From IMG/VR virus record IMGVR_UViG_3300023202_000247, positions 124,001 through 188,000 of that record: DNA of 64,000 nt. One strand, given 5' to 3'. Shown piece after piece: positions 49,847 to 59,545 of this stretch. The notes under the pieces are model-generated. The model made no database searches. It saw only the letters and a program-made list of their open reading frames with translations, and was not told the origin of the DNA. Position 1 is the first letter of the stretch. Each line of letters starts with the position of its first letter. The translations under genes and the position numbers were made by a program.

Positions 49847-50620
49847 ATGACTGAAAATAACAAAGGTTGGGGAATTACAGACTGGGATAACGTTGATGAC
49901 GTGTCCAACAATGGCAAAAAGTTTGACGATAATATTGAGTTTTTGCCATTTATGAAAACATCCGATGGAGATAATGAGTTTAGGCTTGTCAGTCCTCCAG
50001 CAGAGTACAACTATGTCGAGCTTCGTACCGGAAAGAAATATCCGGAGCGCGTCAACACTTCTTTTCCAAAAGTAAAGAAGGAAGAGTGTCCGTTGGTCAG
50101 CAGAGGCTTGTACGTGAAAAAGCGTTACATGGCAATTGTTATAAACCGTAAAAATGGAAAGCTAGAGTGTCTCGACATGTCTAAATCCGTTGGTGGGCAG
50201 ATCAAAGCTTACAAGAAGAATTCGAAGTGGGGCGATCCGCTCAAGTACGACTTGAACTTGCAACGTGATAGCACACAACCACCTGCCAAGTTTTACAACT
50301 TGCAAGCCATACCTCCAGAGCCTCTTAGCGAGGCTGACCTCAAGATGATCGAGGAAAGCAAAGAGGCGATTCGTGCGACTTTGATGGTTCGTACAACGCC
50401 ACCGAGCCCGGAAGCGGTTTTGCGCCGCATCGAAAAGCTCGGTATCGATCTGGACGAACAGGTTCGTTTGGAGGAAGAGGCGCAAAAGAAAATGCGCGAG
50501 GAGCGTGAAGCAAAGAAAAAGAAGGCAGCTGCTGAAAAGGCTGAAGAGTCTGACAGCGGTTCGCTCGAGGCGGCTGATGATGATGATTATTCATTCGATC
50601 AGCCAGCTGCTCAAGTGTGA
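49847..50620 (+). CDS. gp32-like single-stranded DNA-binding protein
   Basis: GDNEFRLV, KKRY..IVINR, WGDPLKYDL, acidic tail; in the recombination cluster. Confidence 0.65.
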   Translation: MTENNKGWGITDWDNVDDVSNNGKKFDDNIEFLPFMKTSDGDNEFRLVSPPAEYNYVELRTGKKYPERVNTSFPKVKKEECPLVSRGLYVKKRYMAIVINRKNGKLECLDMSKSVGGQIKAYKKNSKWGDPLKYDLNLQRDSTQPPAKFYNLQAIPPEPLSEADLKMIEESKEAIRATLMVRTTPPSPEAVLRRIEKLGIDLDEQVRLEEEAQKKMREEREAKKKKAAAEKAEESDSGSLEAADDDDYSFDQPAAQV

Positions 50621-50642
50621 ATTTAGACACACTTGAATGATG

Positions 50643-50678
50643 AAAAGGGTGGTACTTTATGTACCACCCTTTTTCTTT
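50643..50678 (+). terminator. intrinsic terminator (possibly bidirectional)
   Basis: AAAAGGGTGGTAC-tttat-GTACCACCCTTTTT. Confidence 0.85.
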
Positions 50679-50693
50679 GTTATATTTCTTAGT

Positions 50694-51218
50694 ATGAGAA
50701 TACTAAGTGTAGATGTTAGCACGACAACAATAGGTTATGCTATTTTTGATAATGGTAAATTGATACATTGCGATTATTATAAACCAAATAAGAAAAATGG
50801 AAAGTTTGCGATGTTGGACAAAACCATAGAGTGGTTCAATAAGTTATTGAAAAAATATAAACCTGATGAAGTTGTTGTTGAGGATATCATCAAACACATG
50901 ATGGGAAAGTCCAGAGCTGATACGGTTATAATACTTTCAGTTATAAATAGAATAATTGGTTTAACATGGTATAAGTTTTCAGGCAAAGAGCCTCATCTTT
51001 TGAATATAAATAAGATTAGATCGGTATTGAAGATTGATGGAAGATTAAAAAAAGAAGACGTGCCAATGGCAATCGAACATCATTTAGGTGTCGAGTTTCC
51101 CTGGGTCACTCGCTATATAAAGAAAACAGGTGAGCACAAAATCTGTACCGAAAGTTATGATGTTGCCGATGGAATTGCCGTGGGCGTTGCATATTTGAAA
51201 CTCAATGAATCGATCTGA
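50694..51218 (+). CDS. ruvC: RuvC-like Holliday junction resolvase
   Basis: ILSVDVSTTTIGYA, VVVED, KEDV, DVADGIAV. Confidence 0.78.
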   Translation: MRILSVDVSTTTIGYAIFDNGKLIHCDYYKPNKKNGKFAMLDKTIEWFNKLLKKYKPDEVVVEDIIKHMMGKSRADTVIILSVINRIIGLTWYKFSGKEPHLLNINKIRSVLKIDGRLKKEDVPMAIEHHLGVEFPWVTRYIKKTGEHKICTESYDVADGIAVGVAYLKLNESI

Positions 51219-52020
51219 AGCATTAAAAATATTCAATCTCGAAGAAGGTTTTTCCGAAGAGCAATTGAACAAAGCTTATAGGAAGCTTGCGGCTAAATTA
51301 CATCCAGATGTAAACCATGAAGATGGAGCTTCTGAAAGGTTCGTAAAGATATCTTCAGCATATGAATACTTAAAGAAAAACCCACGGCCACAATCCGATA
51401 TTCCAAATGCACGGTCGTATAATTGGCATATGTGGGATATGATGAACAAGGTTCGAAATATCTACGATGATGTTAGAATAGAAAAACCTGTAAATATAAA
51501 CATTTCGTTTGTTGAATCTTTACAGGGTTGTAGTAAAAATATAAAGTATAAAGCTAGTCTTGGATGTCCAGATTGTAATAGAAGTGGAAGAGTAGCTGGT
51601 CAGCAAAAGAAATGTGAAAAGTGTAATGGAACTGGTTATGTTGGTGCAGATAGAGAAGCTGTAGTTACGTTACCGCCTGGCATACAGACTGGTGTAGTTC
51701 AAGTTATAACACCGATGAATGATTTCGTAAGGCTGAACATTTCTGTGGAACAACATCCAACGATAAAAAGGTTTGGAAATTTTGATGTTATATCTATTAT
51801 AGAGGTAAGTCTATTGGAAGCCTTGGAAGGTACGAGTAAATCTGTTGAAACTATTAAAGGAAAAAAGAAACTCAAAATACCTCCGGGTACAAAAAATGCA
51901 GATCAGTTGAGAATAAAAGGTGGTGGTGTGGCCGGTTTGGGGCATCACTATTTCAAAGTTGATGTCTCATATCCAACAGATACATCCTCTTTAATTAAAT
52001 TTCTAAAAGAAACGGAATGA
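51205..52020 (+). CDS. dnaJ: DnaJ-like chaperone
   Basis: J domain with HPD, CxxCxGxG repeats, C-terminal domain. Confidence 0.9.
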   Translation: MNRSEALKIFNLEEGFSEEQLNKAYRKLAAKLHPDVNHEDGASERFVKISSAYEYLKKNPRPQSDIPNARSYNWHMWDMMNKVRNIYDDVRIEKPVNINISFVESLQGCSKNIKYKASLGCPDCNRSGRVAGQQKKCEKCNGTGYVGADREAVVTLPPGIQTGVVQVITPMNDFVRLNISVEQHPTIKRFGNFDVISIIEVSLLEALEGTSKSVETIKGKKKLKIPPGTKNADQLRIKGGGVAGLGHHYFKVDVSYPTDTSSLIKFLKETE

Positions 52021-52023
52021 ATT

Positions 52024-52386
52024 ATGGGATTCAGAGTAAATTGTGATATTGATTATGAAGACGACAAAGGCAAGAAGGTCAAATGTCGAAATGAAATGGA
52101 ACCAAGTCTTGGCAAAGATGGATTGCTGTATTGTGAGTGCGGCAAAAAAATGAAAAATCAAGATTGTTTGTCACCGTTTGCAAAAAGACAAATGGTTACA
52201 TTGGGTCAAACTAAACATAACGAAAAAAGCAGACAGGCTTTTTCGGTTAAGTGTGGTGCATGTGGTAAAGACTCCACGCCAAAGTTAAAGAATAACAAAG
52301 TTTTTTGTACGGCTTGTGAAAAAGAGTTAAACGTCACTGGACCCATGTTGCAAGTTTTGAAGATGAATATCAAAGCGGCTAAATGA
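52024..52386 (+). CDS. double zinc-ribbon protein
   Basis: C...C, CECG, CGAC, CTAC. Confidence 0.6.
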   Translation: MGFRVNCDIDYEDDKGKKVKCRNEMEPSLGKDGLLYCECGKKMKNQDCLSPFAKRQMVTLGQTKHNEKSRQAFSVKCGACGKDSTPKLKNNKVFCTACEKELNVTGPMLQVLKMNIKAAK

Positions 52387-53207
52387 CATTTACAGTTGAT
52401 GATATCAAAGAACGTTCGGAGATGTTTGGGCAAGTTGTTGCAGCATGCAGACAGCTTTTGTATACACCACAAGCAAACTCTGCGCGCGAATATATAGAAA
52501 AACGTATCGGTAAGAAAGCATGTTTGGATTGGGAAGTTGGTTATTTCCCACCAGATTCTCACCTTCATCAACTTCAAGAGTTGTTGGAACCGGATCTTTT
52601 GGAAAAACTATTTTTAATATATCCAAAGTATATTAACGGTAGCAAGATACAACATGGACATTTTGATATTCACAACATAGTGATGCCTTTCAAAGACGAA
52701 CACGATAATATCATATCGATACTTGGCCGTTCTCTTCTTTCAAAAGAAGAGTTGAAGTTAATGTGTTGCGATAAATACAAATATTCATTTGACTCTTTCA
52801 AAGGGCAATATGTTTTTGGATTGAGCCGTGCCAAAGAAAACATAATAAGCACAAACTGCGTGGTTTGTGTTGAAGGTCAGTTTGACTGCATAGCATGTCA
52901 CAAAGCTGGACTTGCGAATGTTGTTGCATTGGGCTGTGCAGACATGAGTAGAATTCAGTTTTTCAAACTTAGGAGATATGTAAAAAATATCATATTGATG
53001 TTTGATAACGACGAATCTGGTACTAAAAACAAAAAAAGATTGAAGCGTCGTTTCAATAATTGGACAGAGATGAAATCTGTTCTTGTGCCGGGTCAAGGAA
53101 AATACAAAGACTTTGACGAATTTTTTCTGAAAGAGCCTGATGAGGCTTATGTTTCTGTCATCATAGATAATATGAAAAAACATTTCAACAAAGTGGAGTT
53201 AGCTTGA
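52383..53207 (+). CDS. dnaG: DnaG-type primase catalytic core lacking a zinc-binding domain
   Basis: AREYIEKR, GYFP, IVMPF, GRSL, KY, VEGQFD, VVALG, FDNDESG, KDFDE. Confidence 0.88.
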   Translation: MTFTVDDIKERSEMFGQVVAACRQLLYTPQANSAREYIEKRIGKKACLDWEVGYFPPDSHLHQLQELLEPDLLEKLFLIYPKYINGSKIQHGHFDIHNIVMPFKDEHDNIISILGRSLLSKEELKLMCCDKYKYSFDSFKGQYVFGLSRAKENIISTNCVVCVEGQFDCIACHKAGLANVVALGCADMSRIQFFKLRRYVKNIILMFDNDESGTKNKKRLKRRFNNWTEMKSVLVPGQGKYKDFDEFFLKEPDEAYVSVIIDNMKKHFNKVELA

Positions 53208-53686
53208 AGCAAAACAAAAAAAAATATGAAATGAAAGTTTTCATAGACAGAACTAAAAATAAATCTGATCGATATCAAGCAGCTTTGGTAGAGTCGGCAT
53301 ATTCTCCAGATGTCATTACAAAATATGCTGAAGCTGATATGGTCGAAACCATGGACCATCATTATGATCTGAGAGATGAACTTGATGAGTTATGGGACGA
53401 GCTCAAAAAAGAATATTGGAGATTGGTTGATACGGAGCTTACCCAGCGACAAGCCCAGGTACTACACCTTTACGCTAAAGAAAAAACTCAAACTGAAATT
53501 GCAAAGATATTAAATGTAAACCAATCCAGTGTTACGAAGAGTATGAATGGCAATTGTGACTATAGAAAAGGTAAGCGTATTTATGGTGGAGCGAACAAGA
53601 AGTTGCGTAAATTGGCCGCCAACGATGAAAAGATTCAAAAAATTCTATTAAGAATGAAAGAAATCCAAGAAGAATTAGAATATTGA
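53204..53686 (+). CDS. sigma70 region-4-like HTH protein
   Basis: LTQRQAQVLHLY...TQTEIAKILNVNQSSV...ANKKLRK. Confidence 0.7.
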   Translation: MKQNKKKYEMKVFIDRTKNKSDRYQAALVESAYSPDVITKYAEADMVETMDHHYDLRDELDELWDELKKEYWRLVDTELTQRQAQVLHLYAKEKTQTEIAKILNVNQSSVTKSMNGNCDYRKGKRIYGGANKKLRKLAANDEKIQKILLRMKEIQEELEY

Positions 53687-53998
53687 AGTATAGGAGTATA
53701 AAGCGGAGTATTCTTGAAACATTGTAAAAAATGTAATTACAATCAGATTCATGATGAAAGATTATCCCATCCCATTGGAGATGGGGTATTCCGTTGTCAA
53801 TCCCGTGAAAGCAGCTTTCAGCCAATTAATATGGCAGATGCTGCTTTTTCCATGTTGGATGACATTTTGCAAGACCTAAATGGTATTACTATAGAAGAGT
53901 GGGCAATATCTGTTGCCGATTCAATTTGCTCGTGTTGAAATTTCTACTATTTATTTCATATCTTTTTGACGTTCGAGCATTTGCCTCATGGAGAAATA

Positions 53999-54496
53999 AT
54001 GATTAAATTTGTAGGATTAACTGATAGTGACATTGCAGCAATGGACAAAAATGTCAATGCTAAGAAGTTCTATCGTCTAGCTGATGTCAAAGATAAAATC
54101 GAAAAGGTTGCTTTTGACGTTGTTAGATTCAAAGACTCTGATGACTTTAGTAACTTATGGGTGGTTGAGAATCACAATGGCGAAGATGTTATCGTTGCTA
54201 TGTATGATGACGAACCGCTCGAGTCAAAGTCCAGTACTGAGAAACAAGCGTCTTGGCAGGCTTTACCAGATCGTACCCGCAGCAGCGTCACAGTTTTTTA
54301 TCAAGGAAATCCAATTCGCAAGATTGCTCTGAAAGATATGGGTTATGAGTCAGATCAGGCGCAGCTCATTTGTAGAACACTGAAGCAGAAGCTTGCTTCA
54401 GATGTTTCATTTAGAAACAAATTCATGCGCGATCTTCCAAATCAAGTAAGAAACGATATTTTTGATCGTTATCCTGAACTAAAGGGTGAGAAATGA
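53999..54496 (+). CDS. hypothetical protein, probable virion module
   Basis: GGAG SD before ATG 53999; K-x-A motifs. Confidence 0.6.
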   Translation: MIKFVGLTDSDIAAMDKNVNAKKFYRLADVKDKIEKVAFDVVRFKDSDDFSNLWVVENHNGEDVIVAMYDDEPLESKSSTEKQASWQALPDRTRSSVTVFYQGNPIRKIALKDMGYESDQAQLICRTLKQKLASDVSFRNKFMRDLPNQVRNDIFDRYPELKGEK

Positions 54497-56133
54497 GACC
54501 AGAAGATTTAGCAAGCGAAATAAAAAATGCTGCTGAAATTCTCAAACAGAATGAGAAATTTGCTACAGCTGTTCTTGCTGCAAAGGCAAGTCGTGCAGCA
54601 AAGGAGCGCCCACATGATGCTTCTTTGGTAACTGCCCGCAATGTCTTGAAAAAGATGGCAGAGAGCAAAACATTCATCTCCAGAGCCGAATTGAACAAGC
54701 TCTATGATGATTTATACAGTCCAAGCTCTTCGTTGTCGCGTGTTTTTGCTGAAGAATTGAATCGTAACGTATTGAAACCTTCCGTGGTTATGAAACGTGA
54801 TGAGTTCGAGGATCAACCGCTTTCACGTGATTATACCAAGGTTGGAGACCCGCTTCTCATGAATGCGCTTGCGGGTGCATTTGATGACAATCCAACGGCT
54901 CGTTTGTATTCGAGTGCAGATGGAAAAGCAGCACAAAAAAGCTGTTACGCTGAGCTTTTGGGATCGGGCCTTCCACCTGACAGTGTTGATGTTTTTGCTG
55001 GCCAAGGTGACGTCATAGTCTGTCAAGCTACGTACGACACACCGAAGGGTAAAGCTCACGTATTAGTTCCGGTTGAAATGTCCGAAGGGCAAGCGCTGCT
55101 TCCTTCTTTGTTTTTAACAAGAGCTGGTTTTGCTGATATAGACCGAAATCTGTTGGAAAACCATATCAAATCTACAGCAGGCAAAAATTTTAAAGTTGAT
55201 GGTCAGGCGTTGCTGAGCGTGATTGCAGCTGCAAAAAACGGTGTTGAAACCGTTGATGAGGTTGATATGGCTGTAATGCGCTTGAATGCGCAAACAGAAA
55301 CTCCACATGCCCATCAGCTAGATGGCATTACTTACCAGCAATTGGATGATGAAAATCCAAATGTAGAAATTCCAGAGGTTGAAAAAGATCCAGAGGTATT
55401 GTCTTTTGCAGAGCGTTTGTCTTCACCGGATGGTATTGCCAGGCAGGTTTTTGGAGAGCGTGTTGTTCAAAATGGTTTGAATATGGTTGCTCGCCATCTC
55501 AAAGGCATGGGATTTGGATCAGTTCAAGTTAAAGTTGCAAGTTGCAAAGATGAAGGCTTTAGCGTTGCTGCTCGTATCAACCATCAATATGGCATTAGTG
55601 TTCCTGTAAATGTTGAGAATTCTTTGGTTCATCCGCCAACATTGGCATTTGCTAATGGTCAAGTTGAAGATTTTTCTGCGCAGGGTATTTCCAATTTGGT
55701 TGCGTCCAACGGTGTTGGAGATGTTCGAATGGCATCGGCTGCAAACCCTTCATATGGAATGAAGCCGAGCGAGCTGATGGCACAGGTTAGGGCTGGTATT
55801 GCTGAAAGCAATTTTGTCAAGGTAGAAGACGCAATTACGGCTCTTGGAGAGGTTGATGTTCAAGCACAGCAAAACGCAATTCAATTGTTTTTGGAGTCAA
55901 ATAATCCAAATACATTGGCCAAAGTTGCGAGTGAACAACGTGGTTGTTCTCGAATCGTAAAGAATAGCACACATTCACAGCCTTTGTGTGGTCACTTGAT
56001 GAAGCCACTTTCAGAGGTTTATCAAGATAAGCATGGTAATTGCCGACCACTTTATGCTAAGAGCATGGAGGAAACAAGTGAGGGTGAGGGCGGCACTTTC
56101 ATGACATATGAAGCATTTTGGGGATCTAAATGA
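54493..56133 (+). CDS. hypothetical protein, probable virion/head module
   Basis: 546 aa; two similar segments (LVPVE...LPSL / VPVNV...PPTL); K-x-A motifs. Confidence 0.6.
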   Translation: MRPEDLASEIKNAAEILKQNEKFATAVLAAKASRAAKERPHDASLVTARNVLKKMAESKTFISRAELNKLYDDLYSPSSSLSRVFAEELNRNVLKPSVVMKRDEFEDQPLSRDYTKVGDPLLMNALAGAFDDNPTARLYSSADGKAAQKSCYAELLGSGLPPDSVDVFAGQGDVIVCQATYDTPKGKAHVLVPVEMSEGQALLPSLFLTRAGFADIDRNLLENHIKSTAGKNFKVDGQALLSVIAAAKNGVETVDEVDMAVMRLNAQTETPHAHQLDGITYQQLDDENPNVEIPEVEKDPEVLSFAERLSSPDGIARQVFGERVVQNGLNMVARHLKGMGFGSVQVKVASCKDEGFSVAARINHQYGISVPVNVENSLVHPPTLAFANGQVEDFSAQGISNLVASNGVGDVRMASAANPSYGMKPSELMAQVRAGIAESNFVKVEDAITALGEVDVQAQQNAIQLFLESNNPNTLAKVASEQRGCSRIVKNSTHSQPLCGHLMKPLSEVYQDKHGNCRPLYAKSMEETSEGEGGTFMTYEAFWGSK

Positions 56134-56867
56134 GCGCACTAACCGTATCTAAAAAACTAAAAGCTCTCGCACGTCAGATTGAAGAAGCATCTGAAGAATT
56201 ACGAGCAGATGCTCAAAGTGATGAGAGCCTATTTGATTTTGTCAATCTTGCAGTTGCCAAAGCTATTTGTACGATAGATGAGGCTTCCAATGGAATCGTG
56301 TCGAGTTCTTCTGGAGAGGTTACTCCTGAGAATTTGGAAGAGATGGCAAGAATAGCAGATGCTTGGGATGAAAGTGGAGATGAGCTTTTGAGCAAGCAAG
56401 CACATGTATTAGATGAAATTTTGTTTGCATTGTCTTCTCCAAAAAATGTTATGGCTCAAGTTCAAGAGCGTCAAAACAAAAAAATTGAAGAGTTGAGGCA
56501 AAAAGGTCGTACCGAGACTAGAGTTAAAGATTATGAAGAGCCTCAAAAAAGACTAAATGATATGTATAAGACCGAGCAAATTGCTGATGCTGTAAAGAAA
56601 AATGTAAAAGATTTTAGACCTTTACAAGCTCCATTGCAAACCAGAAGTTGTCCAGATCATCCGGGTACTGGCATGAGTCGTGTTAGCGATAGGGTTTACC
56701 AGTGTTCTTTGGATGGTAAGATATATAATTATGAGATGGGTTACACCACTGAAAAAGGTGAGACGGTACCCGGTTCCAGTGTAGAAAATCAAATCCCGGA
56801 CTGGGGCGCGGTTAATCCGGGTCACACTATCTTCAACACACGCGAAGATATTTTACGTGGCAGCTAA
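56130..56867 (+). CDS. hypothetical protein with zinc ribbon
   Basis: CPDH...YQCSLD. Confidence 0.6.
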   Translation: MSALTVSKKLKALARQIEEASEELRADAQSDESLFDFVNLAVAKAICTIDEASNGIVSSSSGEVTPENLEEMARIADAWDESGDELLSKQAHVLDEILFALSSPKNVMAQVQERQNKKIEELRQKGRTETRVKDYEEPQKRLNDMYKTEQIADAVKKNVKDFRPLQAPLQTRSCPDHPGTGMSRVSDRVYQCSLDGKIYNYEMGYTTEKGETVPGSSVENQIPDWGAVNPGHTIFNTREDILRGS

Positions 56868-56892
56868 CCAACAGCGATAGAACGATGAAAAC

Positions 56893-57648
56893 ATGGCCAA
56901 GAAGAAACCTTCCGATTTTTCAAAAATCATCAATCATCCTGAAAAGGATAGTATAATAAGCAGACTCGTCTCGGGCGATCCACCCGAGATGGTAAGCGAA
57001 TACTTGAAGGTTAAGTATCCTGGCAAAGATCAGGTGCATTTGCGCATACCGATAACTATTCTCAAAGAGTTTTCGCAAAAATATCTTGATCGATATAAAT
57101 TCATGGAAAAGCTGGTTGAGGACCAAAAGAATGGTCAAATCAGCGATGAAATATCAAAAAGTCTCATCAACAATAAAACATGGAGAGACCGAGTTGCCGA
57201 GTTTGCTGATAAGGAAATTGACTTAAAGCAAAAAATACAACAGCTTGTCATAATCATCGAAGCTCGTGCTGAACAAATCTTTGATAAACTTCAGGAAAAC
57301 CCGCTTCCAAGCAAGCATGATTATATCCTAATTCAGTATTTGGAAAAGTTAATCATGGCTTGTGAGAAGGCTGACAAGATTGTGAATGAACGTCCTGATT
57401 CTGTGGTTCAACACAACATCACCGTACAGATGGTTGAGCAACAATCAGCTTTCATTCAAGAGGCAATACGAGATGTTTTGCAAGAAATGGATCCGGAATT
57501 TAGCGCGAAGTTCTTGGAGCGACTGAGCGCAAGGTTGCAAAACATGGATACATCAGCATCGGTAAAGGTAAAGCCATTGCAGTTCAATAAAGATGTTAAA
57601 AGGCTATTAGATTCTTCGGAGGCTGAGTTTGAGGATGACAATGATTGA
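56893..57648 (+). CDS. hypothetical protein, possibly terminase small subunit-like
   Basis: N-terminal HTH-like NHPEKDSIISRLVSG, helical core; near terL. Confidence 0.35.
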   Translation: MAKKKPSDFSKIINHPEKDSIISRLVSGDPPEMVSEYLKVKYPGKDQVHLRIPITILKEFSQKYLDRYKFMEKLVEDQKNGQISDEISKSLINNKTWRDRVAEFADKEIDLKQKIQQLVIIIEARAEQIFDKLQENPLPSKHDYILIQYLEKLIMACEKADKIVNERPDSVVQHNITVQMVEQQSAFIQEAIRDVLQEMDPEFSAKFLERLSARLQNMDTSASVKVKPLQFNKDVKRLLDSSEAEFEDDND

Positions 57649-59536
57649 TGTTAATTCTGTAAAAGATAAAGTTAATGATTACTTTTTTACTCAGCTAGAC
57701 CAACGGCTGAGTTTTTTGCCAGATGATATGCAGGAAGAGTATGTAAGTGATGCAATTGCAATGACCAATGTTGGCGTTCGAAGCACAGAAGAACAAAAGG
57801 TTTTTTACTATATAGTTACACACGTACCACAAATTGCAAAAGAGTTGTTGGTAAATCCGTCACCAGATGTAATGGCAAAAATTTCGGCAATTGTATTTCA
57901 GAATAGAAATGAAATGCCAATTAATAACATATACAAATTCTTTTTGGCAGTTGCTGAAGCCGCTAAAAGTCTAGGATTAAACATTGTAAAAAAGGCATAT
58001 CCGCAAGGCACAACGGCAAATCCGCTTTATCCCGTATATGACATACGAAGATGGATGAGTGCAACACGAGGCATATATTCGAGGGTTCGTGCTGGCGAAG
58101 ATTTCAACGAAGCTTTTGCACAAATTACCAGAGATTGGAATACGATGGATAAAATAGATTTCAAACATTGGTTGAGGTTTTACCAAGAGGGCGCAGATAA
58201 AAAATATAAATTTGCACAACAGCAGCAACAATCTGTGCCGCCTGATTATTATTTTTCAGATAATGGTTTTTTTGTTCCCAATAAAGTTGATCCACAACAG
58301 CTAAAGGGACAACTGCCTGGTCGTGAGGTTTTTCAGTCTGGTCATGATGCTAGAAGACAGCAACACGCTTTTGATCCTGATGAGGCCAGGCAGAAAATCG
58401 AAATGCAAAGAGCAAAAATCATTGGTAGGTTGAATGCCGCAGAAAAGCTCCTCTGTTCGATTGAAGGTCAGATGTTTGCTGGTGATAACCAGGCAGAAAT
58501 GTTGCAACTTTTACACGCTTTAAAAATGAGAGTACAAACAGCAAACAAGCTTTCTACTCGATCGTCCTTATTTATCGATTATATTTATAGAGTTGCTAAC
58601 ATGTTAGCAGATACTAATAGGCAAAAACCAGCGGCTTTTTTCTATAAGGTTGCTCAAAGCGTAGAAGATCCGACTGCTGCTTTGTTGGGAGAAGAGTCTG
58701 GGGCTACTGAGACAAAGTCGGATGATGCTCAGCCAGATGCTCTCGAGATGCTAGAGAATGAACCAGAGTTGGGTGGTGGCAATATGACACAGCCACCAGT
58801 TGATAGTGGAGCATCGGAACAAACGAGACAAGCTTTCAAAGAGTTTTTTTCCAGGTTAGAAACAGGACTTGGATTCATAGATGAAGACGATGAAGACGAT
58901 GAAGATGAGTCAAAGGTTGCTGCTGTAAACTATGATTTAATAGTCGAAGGACAAGAACTTCAACCACCTCAAATGAATGAAACAATTGAGGTTAGTGAAG
59001 ATGAAATTCCACAGGGGGAACCAGCAGATGCACCAGATGTGTTCGAGCAAGCCTTAGCAAACATAACTGTAAAAGATGTTGTAGACAGGTTAGAGGTTTT
59101 GAGTGGACTTTTCAAGAAAAGAGAAATTGCTAAAGAGTTGTATGTTATCGATATGATGATGGATAAACTTGGTCTCAGTGTTTATTTCCCAGGTCTTGGT
59201 GAAGCAACGAAGAGCGCTCTAGAGTCCAATGGTTATGTGTCTACACGCATAGATGATATTCTTAGTAAACTTCGAGGTTCATTGATGAGCGAAGAGGTTG
59301 ATGGAATGATTGAGGGGTTCGAAGAGCCAGCTGAAACAACTCCAGAAGTTGAGATGGTCAAGCAAAAACTTGATAATGCTGAAGAGCGTGACAAAGAAAG
59401 AAAAGATAGGCGAAGAGTTAAAGAAGATCAAAAACTCATGGGTGGCGGCGATGATGAAAAGCCAAAACCTGCCACTACGGAGCTTCAAGGTCCGGCAACT
59501 GTAGAGCGTTCACGTCCAATTCCAGAAATTAGATGA
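57629..59536 (+). CDS. hypothetical acidic protein, probable virion module
   Basis: 635 aa with acidic linkers and KKAY, KFAQ, KVAQ, KVAA motifs. Confidence 0.6.
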   Translation: MRMTMIDVNSVKDKVNDYFFTQLDQRLSFLPDDMQEEYVSDAIAMTNVGVRSTEEQKVFYYIVTHVPQIAKELLVNPSPDVMAKISAIVFQNRNEMPINNIYKFFLAVAEAAKSLGLNIVKKAYPQGTTANPLYPVYDIRRWMSATRGIYSRVRAGEDFNEAFAQITRDWNTMDKIDFKHWLRFYQEGADKKYKFAQQQQQSVPPDYYFSDNGFFVPNKVDPQQLKGQLPGREVFQSGHDARRQQHAFDPDEARQKIEMQRAKIIGRLNAAEKLLCSIEGQMFAGDNQAEMLQLLHALKMRVQTANKLSTRSSLFIDYIYRVANMLADTNRQKPAAFFYKVAQSVEDPTAALLGEESGATETKSDDAQPDALEMLENEPELGGGNMTQPPVDSGASEQTRQAFKEFFSRLETGLGFIDEDDEDDEDESKVAAVNYDLIVEGQELQPPQMNETIEVSEDEIPQGEPADAPDVFEQALANITVKDVVDRLEVLSGLFKKREIAKELYVIDMMMDKLGLSVYFPGLGEATKSALESNGYVSTRIDDILSKLRGSLMSEEVDGMIEGFEEPAETTPEVEMVKQKLDNAEERDKERKDRRRVKEDQKLMGGGDDEKPKPATTELQGPATVERSRPIPEIR

Positions 59537-59545
59537 GGTTTCTAA

